This document shows positions 8,291 through 19,000 of a stretch of DNA of 64,000 nucleotides, piece by piece. The stretch's first letter is position 1. The number at the start of each line of letters is the position of its first letter. The translations under genes and the position numbers were made by a program. The DNA lies in sequence record SRR31156797_401; one strand, 5' to 3'. The notes beneath the pieces are model-generated. The model had not been told where the DNA came from and made no database searches. It was given only the letters and a program-made list of their open reading frames with translations.

Positions 8291-10816
8291 ATGCATCTGC
8301 CGCAATTACCTATACATACCGTTATTCCTGAGTTAAAGAATGCGCTCCGCAACGGCTCTGCCGTACTGGCTGCGCCACCCGGTTCCGGCAAAACCACCAT
8401 TGTCCCTCTGGCCCTTCTTGAAGAGCCATGGCTACAGAACAAGAAAATACTTATCCTGGAGCCGAGACGGCTGGCAACCCGGGCTGCAGCCTCCAGAATG
8501 GCGACCCTTTTAGGCGAATCGGTCAGTCATACCGTTGGCTACCAGATACGCTTTGACCGACGAGTATCTCCAGCTACCCGAATTGAAGTCGTTACCGAAG
8601 GAATCTTGACCAGACGAATCCAGACAGATACGGAACTCCAAGACATAGGGCTTGTCATATTTGATGAGTTCCACGAACGCTCTATCCACGCAGACTTGGC
8701 TCTTGCCCTCTGCCTGGATCTTTGCCAGCTCCGCGAGGATCTGCGAATCCTGGTCATGTCTGCCACCCTGGATACTGATCCCATTGCCGAGTTGCTGGGT
8801 AATGTGCCGGTTATACGAGGAGAAGGCAGAACCCATCCAGTCAATATTGACTACCTCCCGCAGCTGACCACTGGAAGAATAGCCGACACAACAGCTGCAG
8901 GCACACGCCGTGTGTTCAAAGAACACCCAGGCGACATCCTCGTTTTTCTGCCCGGTGCAGGTGAAATAAATGACGTTGCCAGACAACTCAAAAATGATCC
9001 CGCACTCGACAGCACCATCATTGCACCGCTCTATGGCAATCTTTCCCAAAAAGAACAGGACCAGGCTATCACGCCTGATCCTACCGGGCGTAGACGAATC
9101 ATCCTCTCTACCTCCATTGCGGAAACCAGTCTAACCATTGAAGGTATCAGCTGGGTGGTTGACAGCGGTTGGTCACGACGACCTCAATTTCACCCAGGCA
9201 GTGGTCTGTCTCGGCTGACAACTGTTCGCGTTTCGAAAGCGGTGGCAGAACAACGTACCGGCAGAGCAGGAAGACTGGGGCCAGGTCACTGCTTGCGGCT
9301 TTGGACCAAAGAAGAACAATACAGCCTGGCACCCTTTCATCCACCAGAGATAGTGGACACTGATCTGGCACATCTGGCTCTTGAACTCGCCCTATGGGGA
9401 GTGCAAGAACCAGCCGAGTTACTCTGGCTCACTCCGCCTCGTCAGGGAGGGTACCAGCAGGCAAAGGAGCTCCTCTATTCCCTCGGTGCTTTAACCGACT
9501 CCGGCAGAATAACTGCAACTGGCAAACAACTGGCGGGCTTGGCCGTCCACCCCCGGCTTGGTCACATGCTGCTTAAAGGAAAAGAAAGGGGCCAGGCAAC
9601 ACTGGCCTGCGATCTGGCGGCACTCCTGTCAGAAAGAGATATCCTGAAAAACGCTGATACGAGAACCGCTGACCTGCAAGACAGGTTGCGCCTGCTCACA
9701 CTATGGCGGCAGAAAAAAACTACAGCAGTAAGAAATAAAGCCGGCGATCCTGGAGCATGCAGCCGGGTCGATAAAAATGCACGAACCTGGCTGCAGCGGC
9801 TACACGAGCAAAGAAGGCCTTATGATCCGGACAAGGCAGGTATTTTGCTGGCCTTTGCCTATCCGGACAGAGTTGCTCGCCGCCGCCATGGCAAACAGGA
9901 AAGTTACCTCATGGCATCTGGCCGGGGTGCAATGCTCCCTAAATTTGATCCTTTATCGGTCAACGAATACATTGTCGCTCCCCACCTTGACGCTGGCAGT
10001 AAACAGGGAAGGATCTTTCTGGCAGCACCATTATCGCTTCCTGAACTGCGCAAACACCATAACAGCTTGTTGACTAAAAAGACCTCTGTATACTGGGATA
10101 ACGACACAGCACGAGTCATTGCCGTTGACCGCCTCTGCCTGGGCGCCATTGTAGTGGAAGAGCACCCCGCAAAAAAGGCATCCCAAGACCAGGTCATCAA
10201 AGCCCTTTTGAGCGGCATTAGAAATATGAGCATAAGCTGCCTTCCCTGGAATAAAGAGTCACGGCAACTCCAAGCCAGGATAAACTGCCTCCGCAGTTGG
10301 CAACCCGATGGGCCCTGGCCCGACCTTAGTGACAACCAACTAAACGATGATCTTTCCTGGCTTACGCCTTACCTTACAGGTATCAACAAAGCAGAGCAGT
10401 TCAAGCAACTCAACTTACAAGAAATTTTCATGACCATCCTAGGATGGAAAAACCAGCAACGCTTAAAACATCTTGCCCCCACTACCCTCACTGTTGCCAG
10501 CGGTTCCAGGGTGCGGCTTCGTTATCAACAAGATGAACCGCCCCTGCTTGCCGTTCGCATTCAGGAAATGTTTGGCATGCAGGAAACACCTACTATATGC
10601 GATGGCAAGATCCCCGTTTTACTCCATCTTCTCTCCCCTGCCCAGCGACCCATTCAGGTGACGACTGACCTGGCCGGATTTTGGCAGCGGACCTACCCGG
10701 AAGTAAAAAAAGAACTCAAGGGAAGATACCCCAAACATTTCTGGCCGGATGATCCCCTGGCAGCTATTGCCACCAGACGAACCAAGAAAACTATGAAAAA
10801 ACCGGAAAACTTATGA
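8291..10816 (+). CDS. hrpB: ATP-dependent RNA helicase HrpB
   Basis: APPGSGKTT, LEPRRLA, DEFHER, MSATL, TSIAETSLTIEG, QRTGRAGR and the C-terminal LLSPAQRPIQVT...GRYPKHFWP. Confidence 0.96.
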   Translation: MHLPQLPIHTVIPELKNALRNGSAVLAAPPGSGKTTIVPLALLEEPWLQNKKILILEPRRLATRAAASRMATLLGESVSHTVGYQIRFDRRVSPATRIEVVTEGILTRRIQTDTELQDIGLVIFDEFHERSIHADLALALCLDLCQLREDLRILVMSATLDTDPIAELLGNVPVIRGEGRTHPVNIDYLPQLTTGRIADTTAAGTRRVFKEHPGDILVFLPGAGEINDVARQLKNDPALDSTIIAPLYGNLSQKEQDQAITPDPTGRRRIILSTSIAETSLTIEGISWVVDSGWSRRPQFHPGSGLSRLTTVRVSKAVAEQRTGRAGRLGPGHCLRLWTKEEQYSLAPFHPPEIVDTDLAHLALELALWGVQEPAELLWLTPPRQGGYQQAKELLYSLGALTDSGRITATGKQLAGLAVHPRLGHMLLKGKERGQATLACDLAALLSERDILKNADTRTADLQDRLRLLTLWRQKKTTAVRNKAGDPGACSRVDKNARTWLQRLHEQRRPYDPDKAGILLAFAYPDRVARRRHGKQESYLMASGRGAMLPKFDPLSVNEYIVAPHLDAGSKQGRIFLAAPLSLPELRKHHNSLLTKKTSVYWDNDTARVIAVDRLCLGAIVVEEHPAKKASQDQVIKALLSGIRNMSISCLPWNKESRQLQARINCLRSWQPDGPWPDLSDNQLNDDLSWLTPYLTGINKAEQFKQLNLQEIFMTILGWKNQQRLKHLAPTTLTVASGSRVRLRYQQDEPPLLAVRIQEMFGMQETPTICDGKIPVLLHLLSPAQRPIQVTTDLAGFWQRTYPEVKKELKGRYPKHFWPDDPLAAIATRRTKKTMKKPENL

Positions 10817-11721
10817 GAAAAATTGCTTTCGGCTATTCAACCCGCTGCAACATCCGCTGCTCCCACTGCGTTGCCGCAGGAGATACTCCTGACTCCAGTA
10901 AAATGGAACTGACCAAAGCCAAAGACATTATCCGCGAAATGGCCAAGGCAGAGGTCAAGGGAATCAGCTTTACCGCTGGAGAGCCTTTTATATATTTTGA
11001 GGACCTCCTGGAACTGATCGACCTCTGCTCTGAGCACAACATCTATACCCGAGTGGTGACCAACAGCTCCTGGGCCAAAACACCTGAACAGGCCATCGAA
11101 AAGATGCACCAGCTCAAACAATGCGGCCTTTGCCAGCTTCGCCTGAGCTACAGCAGGTGGCATCAACAGCATGTACCCAAGCAACAGGTACTGTATGCGG
11201 ATAAAGCCTGTACGGAAACAGGGATTGATTCTTTTATTTCTTTTGTTACTGATTTCTCAGAACAAGACGATCCTTTCGAACAGTACCTACGAGACAATAA
11301 TTTAAAGTTTTTTCCAGAACCAGTTATCTACGCAGGGCGGGCTGAGGAATTCAGCCAACAGCCTCTTTTCACCGACTATCAGGACAATTGCTGCCAGATG
11401 AACCCTTACCTTGCCCCAGACCTGACCATGTATGCCTGCTGCGATGCGGGCAGCCATTTCAGCACCACAAACTTTTTCAAACTCGGTAATCTTAAAGACT
11501 GGTCAGTGGACCAACTGCTCTCCAAAAGTGAAACCAATACTCTTTATAACTGTATACGTACCATGGGGGTCACTCCCATCGCCTCCCAAGTGGGGATGAA
11601 ATCAAGAGATATTGTAACGTATAGGAAATGCAGCTTATGTAAAAAAATATTCAACGATCCAGAAACGTTACAAGCTTTACGAAAAGATGCGGCAGGTGCC
11701 CTGCTCCAATGGCACAGATGA
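10813..11721 (+). CDS. Radical SAM protein with a C-terminal Cys-rich (SPASM/twitch-like) region
   Basis: CNIRCSHC (CxxxCxxC), FTAGEP, VVTN; later NCC, ACC and KCSLC. ATGA overlap with the hrpB stop. Confidence 0.88.
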   Translation: MRKIAFGYSTRCNIRCSHCVAAGDTPDSSKMELTKAKDIIREMAKAEVKGISFTAGEPFIYFEDLLELIDLCSEHNIYTRVVTNSSWAKTPEQAIEKMHQLKQCGLCQLRLSYSRWHQQHVPKQQVLYADKACTETGIDSFISFVTDFSEQDDPFEQYLRDNNLKFFPEPVIYAGRAEEFSQQPLFTDYQDNCCQMNPYLAPDLTMYACCDAGSHFSTTNFFKLGNLKDWSVDQLLSKSETNTLYNCIRTMGVTPIASQVGMKSRDIVTYRKCSLCKKIFNDPETLQALRKDAAGALLQWHR

Positions 11722-11767
11722 AGCGAAGTTGCCTGATCCGTATCTTCTACTTTAATCCGCAAAAGCT

Positions 11768-12610
11768 ATGAAACTACACCACTTAAGAAATGCTACCTTT
11801 ATAATTGAGTCAGGTCCTCACTTCATCCTTGTCGACCCCATGCTGGGCAACAAAGAATCGTTGCCACCTTTTGCCTTCTTTCGACATAAGGCAACCCGAA
11901 ACCCAACCGTTTCTCTGCCTGAAAATGCCTCTCTCCTCTTTGATAAGGTAACCGCCTGCCTAATTACCCACAGCAGGACATTTGGAATTAAAGCACTCCA
12001 GCATACCGACCACCTTGATGGTGCAGGAGAAAGTTTCCTCAAATCCGCCAGCATCCCGGTTACCTCATCCAAAAAAGATGGTCCTTATTTACAAAAACAG
12101 GGACTATCAGTCGAAAACGGGCTGGTTCCGTGGAGTCCAAGTCCGTACAAAGGCGGCCAGATAACAGCCATACCAGCCCAACATGGGTACGGCTGGGTCC
12201 ATCACTTCATGGCCAATGGCGTGGGGTTCTTTATAGAATTACCAGACGAGCCATCGTTGTATATCAGCGGAGACACAATCTTTACGCCTGAGGTAAAACG
12301 TGTCCTCACTCAACTACAGCCAGATATTACAGTGGTAGCAACAGGCACTGCATGCCTGGACGTTGGCGACTCCCTGCTGATGAAGCCCAAAGAAATCCTA
12401 TCTTTTATACAAACAGCATCTGGAAAGGTTATTGCCAACCACATGGAAGCTCTCAACCATTGTCCGATCACCCGAACCAAACTCAAACAAATGCTCACAG
12501 ACGCAGGTCTTCTTGAAAAGGTCTGGATACCTGAAGACGGAGAGACCCTCACCACCGCAACAAAAGCACAAAAACAGGCCCACGTTCAACAAACGCTCGC
12601 AAAAAGGTGA
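11768..12610 (+). CDS. Metallo-beta-lactamase-fold hydrolase
   Basis: LRNAT, ILVDPML, ITH...HTDH, PAQHG, YISGDT, NHMEALNHC. Confidence 0.88.
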   Translation: MKLHHLRNATFIIESGPHFILVDPMLGNKESLPPFAFFRHKATRNPTVSLPENASLLFDKVTACLITHSRTFGIKALQHTDHLDGAGESFLKSASIPVTSSKKDGPYLQKQGLSVENGLVPWSPSPYKGGQITAIPAQHGYGWVHHFMANGVGFFIELPDEPSLYISGDTIFTPEVKRVLTQLQPDITVVATGTACLDVGDSLLMKPKEILSFIQTASGKVIANHMEALNHCPITRTKLKQMLTDAGLLEKVWIPEDGETLTTATKAQKQAHVQQTLAKR

Positions 12611-12748
12611 CAGTCTGAGAAAAATCACTATCTTTGCCTCGCCAACCCGTACTCCAACAAAAACCACCCACTCCTGAAACCTTTACAAACCAGACAAAAA
12701 AAGCAAGAGCCAGAACCACGCCATGACCAAATGCCACGCGCAACCAGA

Positions 12749-12788
12749 CACCCCCCTTTAAAACACCCCCCTGTCTCCACCACCCCCC
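12749..12788. repeat. Three direct CACCCCCC repeats
   Basis: CACCCCCC at 12749, 12764 and 12781, just upstream of a TTGACA at 12809. Confidence 0.7.
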
Positions 12789-13049
12789 AGTATCAAAAAA
12801 ATTTACACTTGACATAAGCTGGTATTATAGAGTTAATTCTTGGACTCAACCTGACACGGGTCAGAACGCCTCATCTTTTTTTCCAATTCTCCAGTTTCCA
12901 AAAGGGTCGCTCACTGAGCGATAAACCATGCAGGGCTATACAGCGCTTGCAAAGGAAACATATCGAGGCAATCAGGGGAGCAGGTTACGCTTTCCGTTCT
13001 TCTGCATCCAAAAAGTTGCAACATTAATCACCATCACCAGGGAATCAGC

Positions 13050-13331
13050 ATGGCATTCTGGCGAGAGCCTCTCGACGCTCAAGAAATCCAGGTAACAAAA
13101 GGGATTGTCTATATCATTGAAGACAGGTGCAAGGGATGCGGGTACTGCATAGAGTTCTGCCCCAAAGATATTCTTGCCTTTGCCGACAAGTTCAACAATA
13201 AAGGGTATCATCCCCCTTTTGCCGTTAAGCCCGATGACTGTGTGAATTGCCATTATTGCGAAATCATCTGTCCGGAGTTTGCCATTTACTCAGCAGAAGA
13301 TCCTCAGTCATCACCTACGGTAACCCTGTAG
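13050..13331 (+). CDS. korD: 2x[4Fe-4S] ferredoxin-like delta subunit of 2-oxoacid:ferredoxin oxidoreductase
   Basis: CKGCGYCIEFCP and CVNCHYCEIICPEFAI; first gene of the delta-alpha-beta-gamma set. Confidence 0.88.
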   Translation: MAFWREPLDAQEIQVTKGIVYIIEDRCKGCGYCIEFCPKDILAFADKFNNKGYHPPFAVKPDDCVNCHYCEIICPEFAIYSAEDPQSSPTVTL

Positions 13332-13367
13332 ACATTTATCAATATCCAGTAATTCCAGGGACTGATT

Positions 13368-14513
13368 ATGAAACCAGCAGTACTGACAGGCGAACATTAC
13401 ATAACAGGTGACGTTGCCTGCGCCGAAGGAGCTATTGCCGCAGGATGCAAGTTCTTCGGAGCCTATCCCATTACCCCCGCAACCGAAGTTGCCGAACATA
13501 TGGCAGAACGCCTGCCTGATGTTCAAGGCACCTTCATCCAGATGGAGGATGAAATCGCTGCCATTGCCTCCATCCTTGGAGCTGCATGGACAGGAACCAA
13601 AAGTATGACCTCTACTTCGGGGCCAGGATTCAGCCTGATGATGGAAAACCTTGGCCTGGGAGTCTGCACCGAAACACCATGCGTGATAATTAACGTACAG
13701 CGCACCGGACCATCAACCGGACTACCTACTCTTACCGGCCAGGGAGACATGATGCAGGCCAGGTGGGGATCCCATGGTGACTACGAAATTATCGCACTGG
13801 CCCCCGCATCTCCCCAGGACTGTTTTTACCACACCATCCTTGCCTTTAATCTCAGCGAGAAATACCGAGTCCCTGTACTTGTAATGGCAGATGAAATCGT
13901 TGGCCACATGAGTGAAAAGGTTGTTATTCCAGAAGCTTCTGAAATCAAACTGATTGATCGCCCGAAGCCTAGGGGCAGAAAGGATCGATTCAAACTGTAC
14001 GAGCCAGGCCCAAACGGAGTTGCACCTATGCCAGCCATTGGGGACGGGTACAACGTACATGTTACTGGCCTGACCCACGACGAACGCGGCTACCCCGCCA
14101 TGAGTGTCGAAGCCCAGGAACAGATGATGACCAACCTTAAGGGTAAAATTCGCAATAACCTTGACGACATCATCGAAACCGAAGAGTACCGGATGGACGA
14201 TGCTGACATTGTTATTGTCTCTTACGGCATTTCAGTGCGTACTGGACTGACTGCAGTCGACGAGGCAAGAAAGCTTGGCTACAAAGCTGGTCTGCTGAGG
14301 CTGGTGACAGTCTGGCCCTTTCCGGAACAGATGATTAGAGATATAGCCGAGCGCGTGCGAGGCCTTATCACTGTTGAAATCAACCTGGGCCAGGTTCACT
14401 ACGAGGTCGAACGGTGTGCAGGCGGAAAAGCTCCAGCCTACCTTGTCGGCAGTGCAGGCGGAAAAATAATTCACCCGGACAAGGTTATCGAACTGATTAA
14501 GGAGACCTTCTGA
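13368..14513 (+). CDS. korA: 2-oxoacid:ferredoxin oxidoreductase alpha subunit (Kor-type; substrate unproven)
   Basis: YPITPATE, QMEDEIAA, TSGPGFSLMME, VQRTGPSTGLPT, EINLGQ. Confidence 0.92.
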   Translation: MKPAVLTGEHYITGDVACAEGAIAAGCKFFGAYPITPATEVAEHMAERLPDVQGTFIQMEDEIAAIASILGAAWTGTKSMTSTSGPGFSLMMENLGLGVCTETPCVIINVQRTGPSTGLPTLTGQGDMMQARWGSHGDYEIIALAPASPQDCFYHTILAFNLSEKYRVPVLVMADEIVGHMSEKVVIPEASEIKLIDRPKPRGRKDRFKLYEPGPNGVAPMPAIGDGYNVHVTGLTHDERGYPAMSVEAQEQMMTNLKGKIRNNLDDIIETEEYRMDDADIVIVSYGISVRTGLTAVDEARKLGYKAGLLRLVTVWPFPEQMIRDIAERVRGLITVEINLGQVHYEVERCAGGKAPAYLVGSAGGKIIHPDKVIELIKETF

Positions 14514-14516
14514 GCA

Positions 14517-15368
14517 ATGACAAAAAATCCCAAAAAGTATAATAAACAACCAGTCCACCCCCTAGACGATCTTATTCGCACCGACCGAATCCCCCATATA
14601 TGGTGCTCGGGGTGCGGTATTGGCACGGTGTTTTCTTCCTGCTTAAAGGCTATCAAGGCTACAGAGATCCCTTACAACCGGTTCACCATGGTCTCAGGTA
14701 TCGGTTGCTCAGCCAGGGGAGCTGGTTATGTCAATCTCGACTCCTTCCACACCACTCATGGCAGAGCCATTCCCTTTGCCAGCGGGATCAAGATGGCAAA
14801 TCCAGACCTGAAGGTTATTGTCTTCAGCGGAGATGGTGATCTATTTGCCATTGGCGGCAACCATTTTATCCATGCTGCCAGGCGCAACATGGATATCACC
14901 GTTGTCTGCGTGAACAATCTCACCTACGGGATGACCGGTGGTCAGGTAGCAGCCACCACCCCCAACAACGCGAACACAACAACAACCCCGTTCGGCAATC
15001 CGGATTCGCCTTTCAACCTACCGCTGATGGCCTATGCTTCTGGCGCGTCCTACATTGCCAGATGGACAATTCTCCACACCAGGGAACTCACGGACTCCAT
15101 CAACGAAGCCATAAATAAAAAGGGATTTTCATTTATCGAAGCTCTCTCCCCCTGCCCGATCAATTACGGTCGCAGAAACAAGGAAAAGCCCCTTGACACC
15201 CTGAAGCTGTACCAAGAAAAGACCATTATTAAAAATGGCGCTGACCCTGCAAAAGCTGATATCGATTTTGAACGTGGAGTCATCCTGGGCAAATTCGTTG
15301 ATACAGACCGAAACACCTGTGACGACATGTACGCCTCTAAATGTCACCGTCCCTGCTCTGACGATTAA
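14517..15368 (+). CDS. korB: 2-oxoacid:ferredoxin oxidoreductase beta subunit (TPP-binding)
   Basis: WCSGCG, SGIGCS, HGRA, GDGD...NNLTYGMTGGQ, SPCP. Confidence 0.92.
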   Translation: MTKNPKKYNKQPVHPLDDLIRTDRIPHIWCSGCGIGTVFSSCLKAIKATEIPYNRFTMVSGIGCSARGAGYVNLDSFHTTHGRAIPFASGIKMANPDLKVIVFSGDGDLFAIGGNHFIHAARRNMDITVVCVNNLTYGMTGGQVAATTPNNANTTTTPFGNPDSPFNLPLMAYASGASYIARWTILHTRELTDSINEAINKKGFSFIEALSPCPINYGRRNKEKPLDTLKLYQEKTIIKNGADPAKADIDFERGVILGKFVDTDRNTCDDMYASKCHRPCSDD

Positions 15369-15404
15369 ATCTCCTCTCACCAATACGCCTGCTGACAAAG
15401 TACT

Positions 15405-16013
15405 ATGAATGACCAGGAAAAAAACACCATTGCGCAAACAGAAATCATTGTCACCGGATTTGGCGGCCAGGGCATTATCCTTGCCGGAAAAATCCTGGGT
15501 ATGGCTGCTTCCCTTGGCGACCATAAGGAAAGCACACTGGTACAGGCCTACGGCCCAGAATCCAGAGGTGGTGCATGCAACGCACAAGTAATCATTTCCG
15601 AGACCCCCATCCATTATCCCTATGTGCAGTATCCTGATATTCTGATAGCGATGTCCCAGGCCGGTTACGATAAATTTGCCGGCCAGATATCTGAAAACAG
15701 CATTCTGCTGATCGACCAGGATCTGGTACCGACCATTAATGCACCCTGTCCTGCCTACACAATCTCCTCGACAAGGATGGCAGAAAAGCTAGGACATAAA
15801 ATGATGGCGAATATCATCATGGTTGGTTTTACAACGGCAATTACCCAGCTTGTCTCCAGCAATTCTGCCCAGGAGATGATTGCTAAATCAGTCCCTAAAG
15901 GCACGGAAGAAAAAAACATCGCAGCCTTTACCAAAGGCTATGATTACGGCCTCTCTACCCTAAAGGGCCGGGAAAGAAAGGCCGCCGGTCAGGCAGGAGC
16001 CATTGTAGAATGA
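15405..16013 (+). CDS. korC: 2-oxoacid:ferredoxin oxidoreductase gamma subunit
   Basis: GFGGQGIILAG, YGPESRGG, ANIIMVG. Confidence 0.92.
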   Translation: MNDQEKNTIAQTEIIVTGFGGQGIILAGKILGMAASLGDHKESTLVQAYGPESRGGACNAQVIISETPIHYPYVQYPDILIAMSQAGYDKFAGQISENSILLIDQDLVPTINAPCPAYTISSTRMAEKLGHKMMANIIMVGFTTAITQLVSSNSAQEMIAKSVPKGTEEKNIAAFTKGYDYGLSTLKGRERKAAGQAGAIVE

Positions 16014-19000
16014 AACGCGCAAAAGAACGTTTACAAAGAGTTATAGTTATTGGTGCCACCCCGGAAGGCATTGCAGCAACCAATAAGCTTGGAGAACTGG
16101 GCGTACCGGTAACCCTGATCGAGTCTGAGCCGGATATCGACCACAAGCTGACTGCTGACAGGTTCCGGCTCCGCTCCGGCCTTAGCTTTAATTATGCCTA
16201 CCGACCAGGACTGATAAGGATCATGCGCAACAGCGCCATCCGAAGCATCCTGCCTGCCAGAATCAGCTCCATCAAACATACACCTCAAGGGTTCAGTGTC
16301 CGGGCGGTACAGGAACAGACCTTTATTGACCCTGATAAATGTACCCTTTGCGGCAAGTGCGCTGCAACCTGCCCGGTAACCACCTGTGAAGGCCTCAGCC
16401 CCATCACTTTTCACTCTCGAGTAGCGCTCCCCGGTCGCCCCTTTATCGACAAACGACAACAGCCCCTCTGCCAGGCAAATTGCCCGCTGGGAGTCAATGC
16501 CCAGGGATATGTTGCCCTGGCAGCCCAGGGGAGATACCAGGAGGCACTGGACCTGATCCGTGAACAAAACGTGCTGCCTGGAATCTGCGGCCGTATCTGC
16601 ACCCACCCCTGCGAAGATGCCTGCCGAAGGGGTGAGATTGACGAGGCCGTGTCAATACGGGCTATTAAACGATTTGTTGCCGACTACGTAGAAGGTGACA
16701 GCAAAGAGGCCTCTACAGCAGCCCCTATCACTGCTCCCCAGAAAAGAGCTGAGAAGATAGCTATTATCGGCTCCGGGCCTGCAGGCCTCGCAGCGGCGGC
16801 AGAACTTGCCAAGTTCGGTTACGCGGTAACAATATTTGAAAAAGAGACAGCAATCGGCGGCATGCTTCGTTATGGCATAGGTTCACACCGCCTACCGGAA
16901 ACAATTCTCAACCGGGAACTGGAATACATAAAACGTCTTGGCGTAAACATTGTGAACGATAGCAAGGTAGCTCTTGAAGACGACCTTGCATCCTTGCAAG
17001 AACAGTACCAGGCAGTCATCGTCGGTACCGGTACCTGGTATGACCGAAAGCTTGGCGTTCCCGGTGAGGATCTGTCTGGTATTGAAGGGTGTATTTCTTT
17101 TCTGGGAAGTGAGAAGGTGCACAACATTGATAAACTCAATGAAAAAATAGCTGTTATCGGTGACGGTAACTCGGCCTTTGACCTTGCCCGAACCTTAACC
17201 AGATTAGGGGCCGAGGTGACACTTGTATCCTGGTTTGGTAAGGACCAAATACCTGCCGATCCAGATGAAGTCCGGGAGGCAATAGAAGAGGGCATAACGA
17301 TTATTGACCAAACCCAGGTTACCGGGTTCATAGGCGAAAACAATCGGTTTACAGCACTTGAGTGCAGGAAAACAAAACAAGGAAAACCAGATACAAATGG
17401 TATCGCCTGGCCGGTACTTGACGACCAACATGCTCCTTCTGCCCTGGAATTTGATCGGGCCTTTGTGGCCGTAGGCCAGGTTGGTGGTTTTTCTCCGGAC
17501 AATACGACCCTCCCCTTTAAGATCACTGACCATGGTTTTATCGCCACTGATGCGGCTCAAAGAACGTCAACCAACGCACTGTATGCCGCAGGAGATGCCG
17601 TTTCTGGCCCCTCATCGGTTGTACACGCCATGGCCTCTGGCAAGCGGGCTGCGGCTGCAATCCATGAAGATCTTAGTGGCGAGACGGTCCTCTCCCCTCT
17701 AACCCGTCCCGAGCAAAAAGATTTCACCTCTATCCCACCAGACATCGCTTGGCATAAACGTCCGGAGATGGCTGAAAAAGAAGCGGGAGAAAGGGAGAAA
17801 GATTTCACAGAGGTAGCGCTTGGCCTCTCCAAACAGCAAGTAGAGGAAGAAGCACAACGATGCCTCCAATGTGGTGCCTGTTCCGAATGTTTTCAATGCA
17901 TTGAGGCCTGCGGTGCACTCAAAGCCATCGACCACATACAGCATGAACAGGAAATCAAGGAACAGGGAGGCGTTCTTATTGTAGCCGACCCTGCCATGGC
18001 TACCAACATCAAGGGGGAAGATGTTATTAGAGCATACGGCCCCAGGGCTGCCCGTGCCGATGTTAACGACATGACCGTGCGAGGCTTTGCCGCCGCCGGC
18101 AAAGCAATGCTGCTTCTTAGCGACACCGCTAGAAAGAAAACCAAAGGCCACGGTCTTGCCTTTGCCATGCCTGATGCGGGCCTCTCACCCGAATCGAGAA
18201 TCGGTGTTTTCGTCTGTCGCTGCAACGACTCTCTTGGCTGGATGGATGGAATGACCACCCACCTCAAGGAACAAGAGACAATCGACCCTGCAATTGTCCA
18301 CATTGAGGAACTCACCTCTGCCTGCGTCAGCGAAGGAATTGATGCCATAATAAAAGCCACCCGGGAAAAAGACCTGACCAGGATTGTACTCGGGTCTTGT
18401 GTCTGCTGCCCGCTCAACTTTGTGTGCAGCTCATGTACAGATCAGCGCAGCCGCCTCAAAGACAAACTCTTCCATGGCACAGGAATCAGCAGGTCCATGG
18501 TGGAGACTTCCAACCTGCGCGGAGAGATATTACGCCTGGTAAAAAGCAACCCTCAGCTCGCCATGAAAAGGTTCCAGGGGCTGCTCCACCGGTCAATAGA
18601 AAGGGCAAAAATTCTCAAGCCCTTACCTGCTGTTGACCGTAACTATAACTTCACGGCAGCTGTTATCGGTAATTCTGAGGCTACACTTACCAGTGCCGTA
18701 CACCTTGCCAAAACAGGGCATGATGTCTTTCGCTTCGGCACCAGGGAACAACCTCTCACCGAACCAACACCAAATGATAACATTCATAGTTTTACAGGTT
18801 GGGATGTTAAAGCACTCAGCGGTACCATTGGTGACTTTCAAATTTTGATTGAATCCGGCCAGGAGCGCCAAGTGATAAGGGCCGGGACAGTTATCCTCGG
18901 TGATAAAGCACGACGGAGCCTCCCTTATACCCATCAAGAGGGCCTCCCAACCTGCAACATAGAGCCGCTCCTGCAGCAAAAAGGGGTCGCAGGTATTCCC

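Noticed and set aside
14511-14519. korA TGA in frame with korB (TGA GCA ATG) as possible Sec read-through
   Set aside because: No downstream hairpin (A-rich sequence), no Cys-equivalent position, and both subunits are complete.
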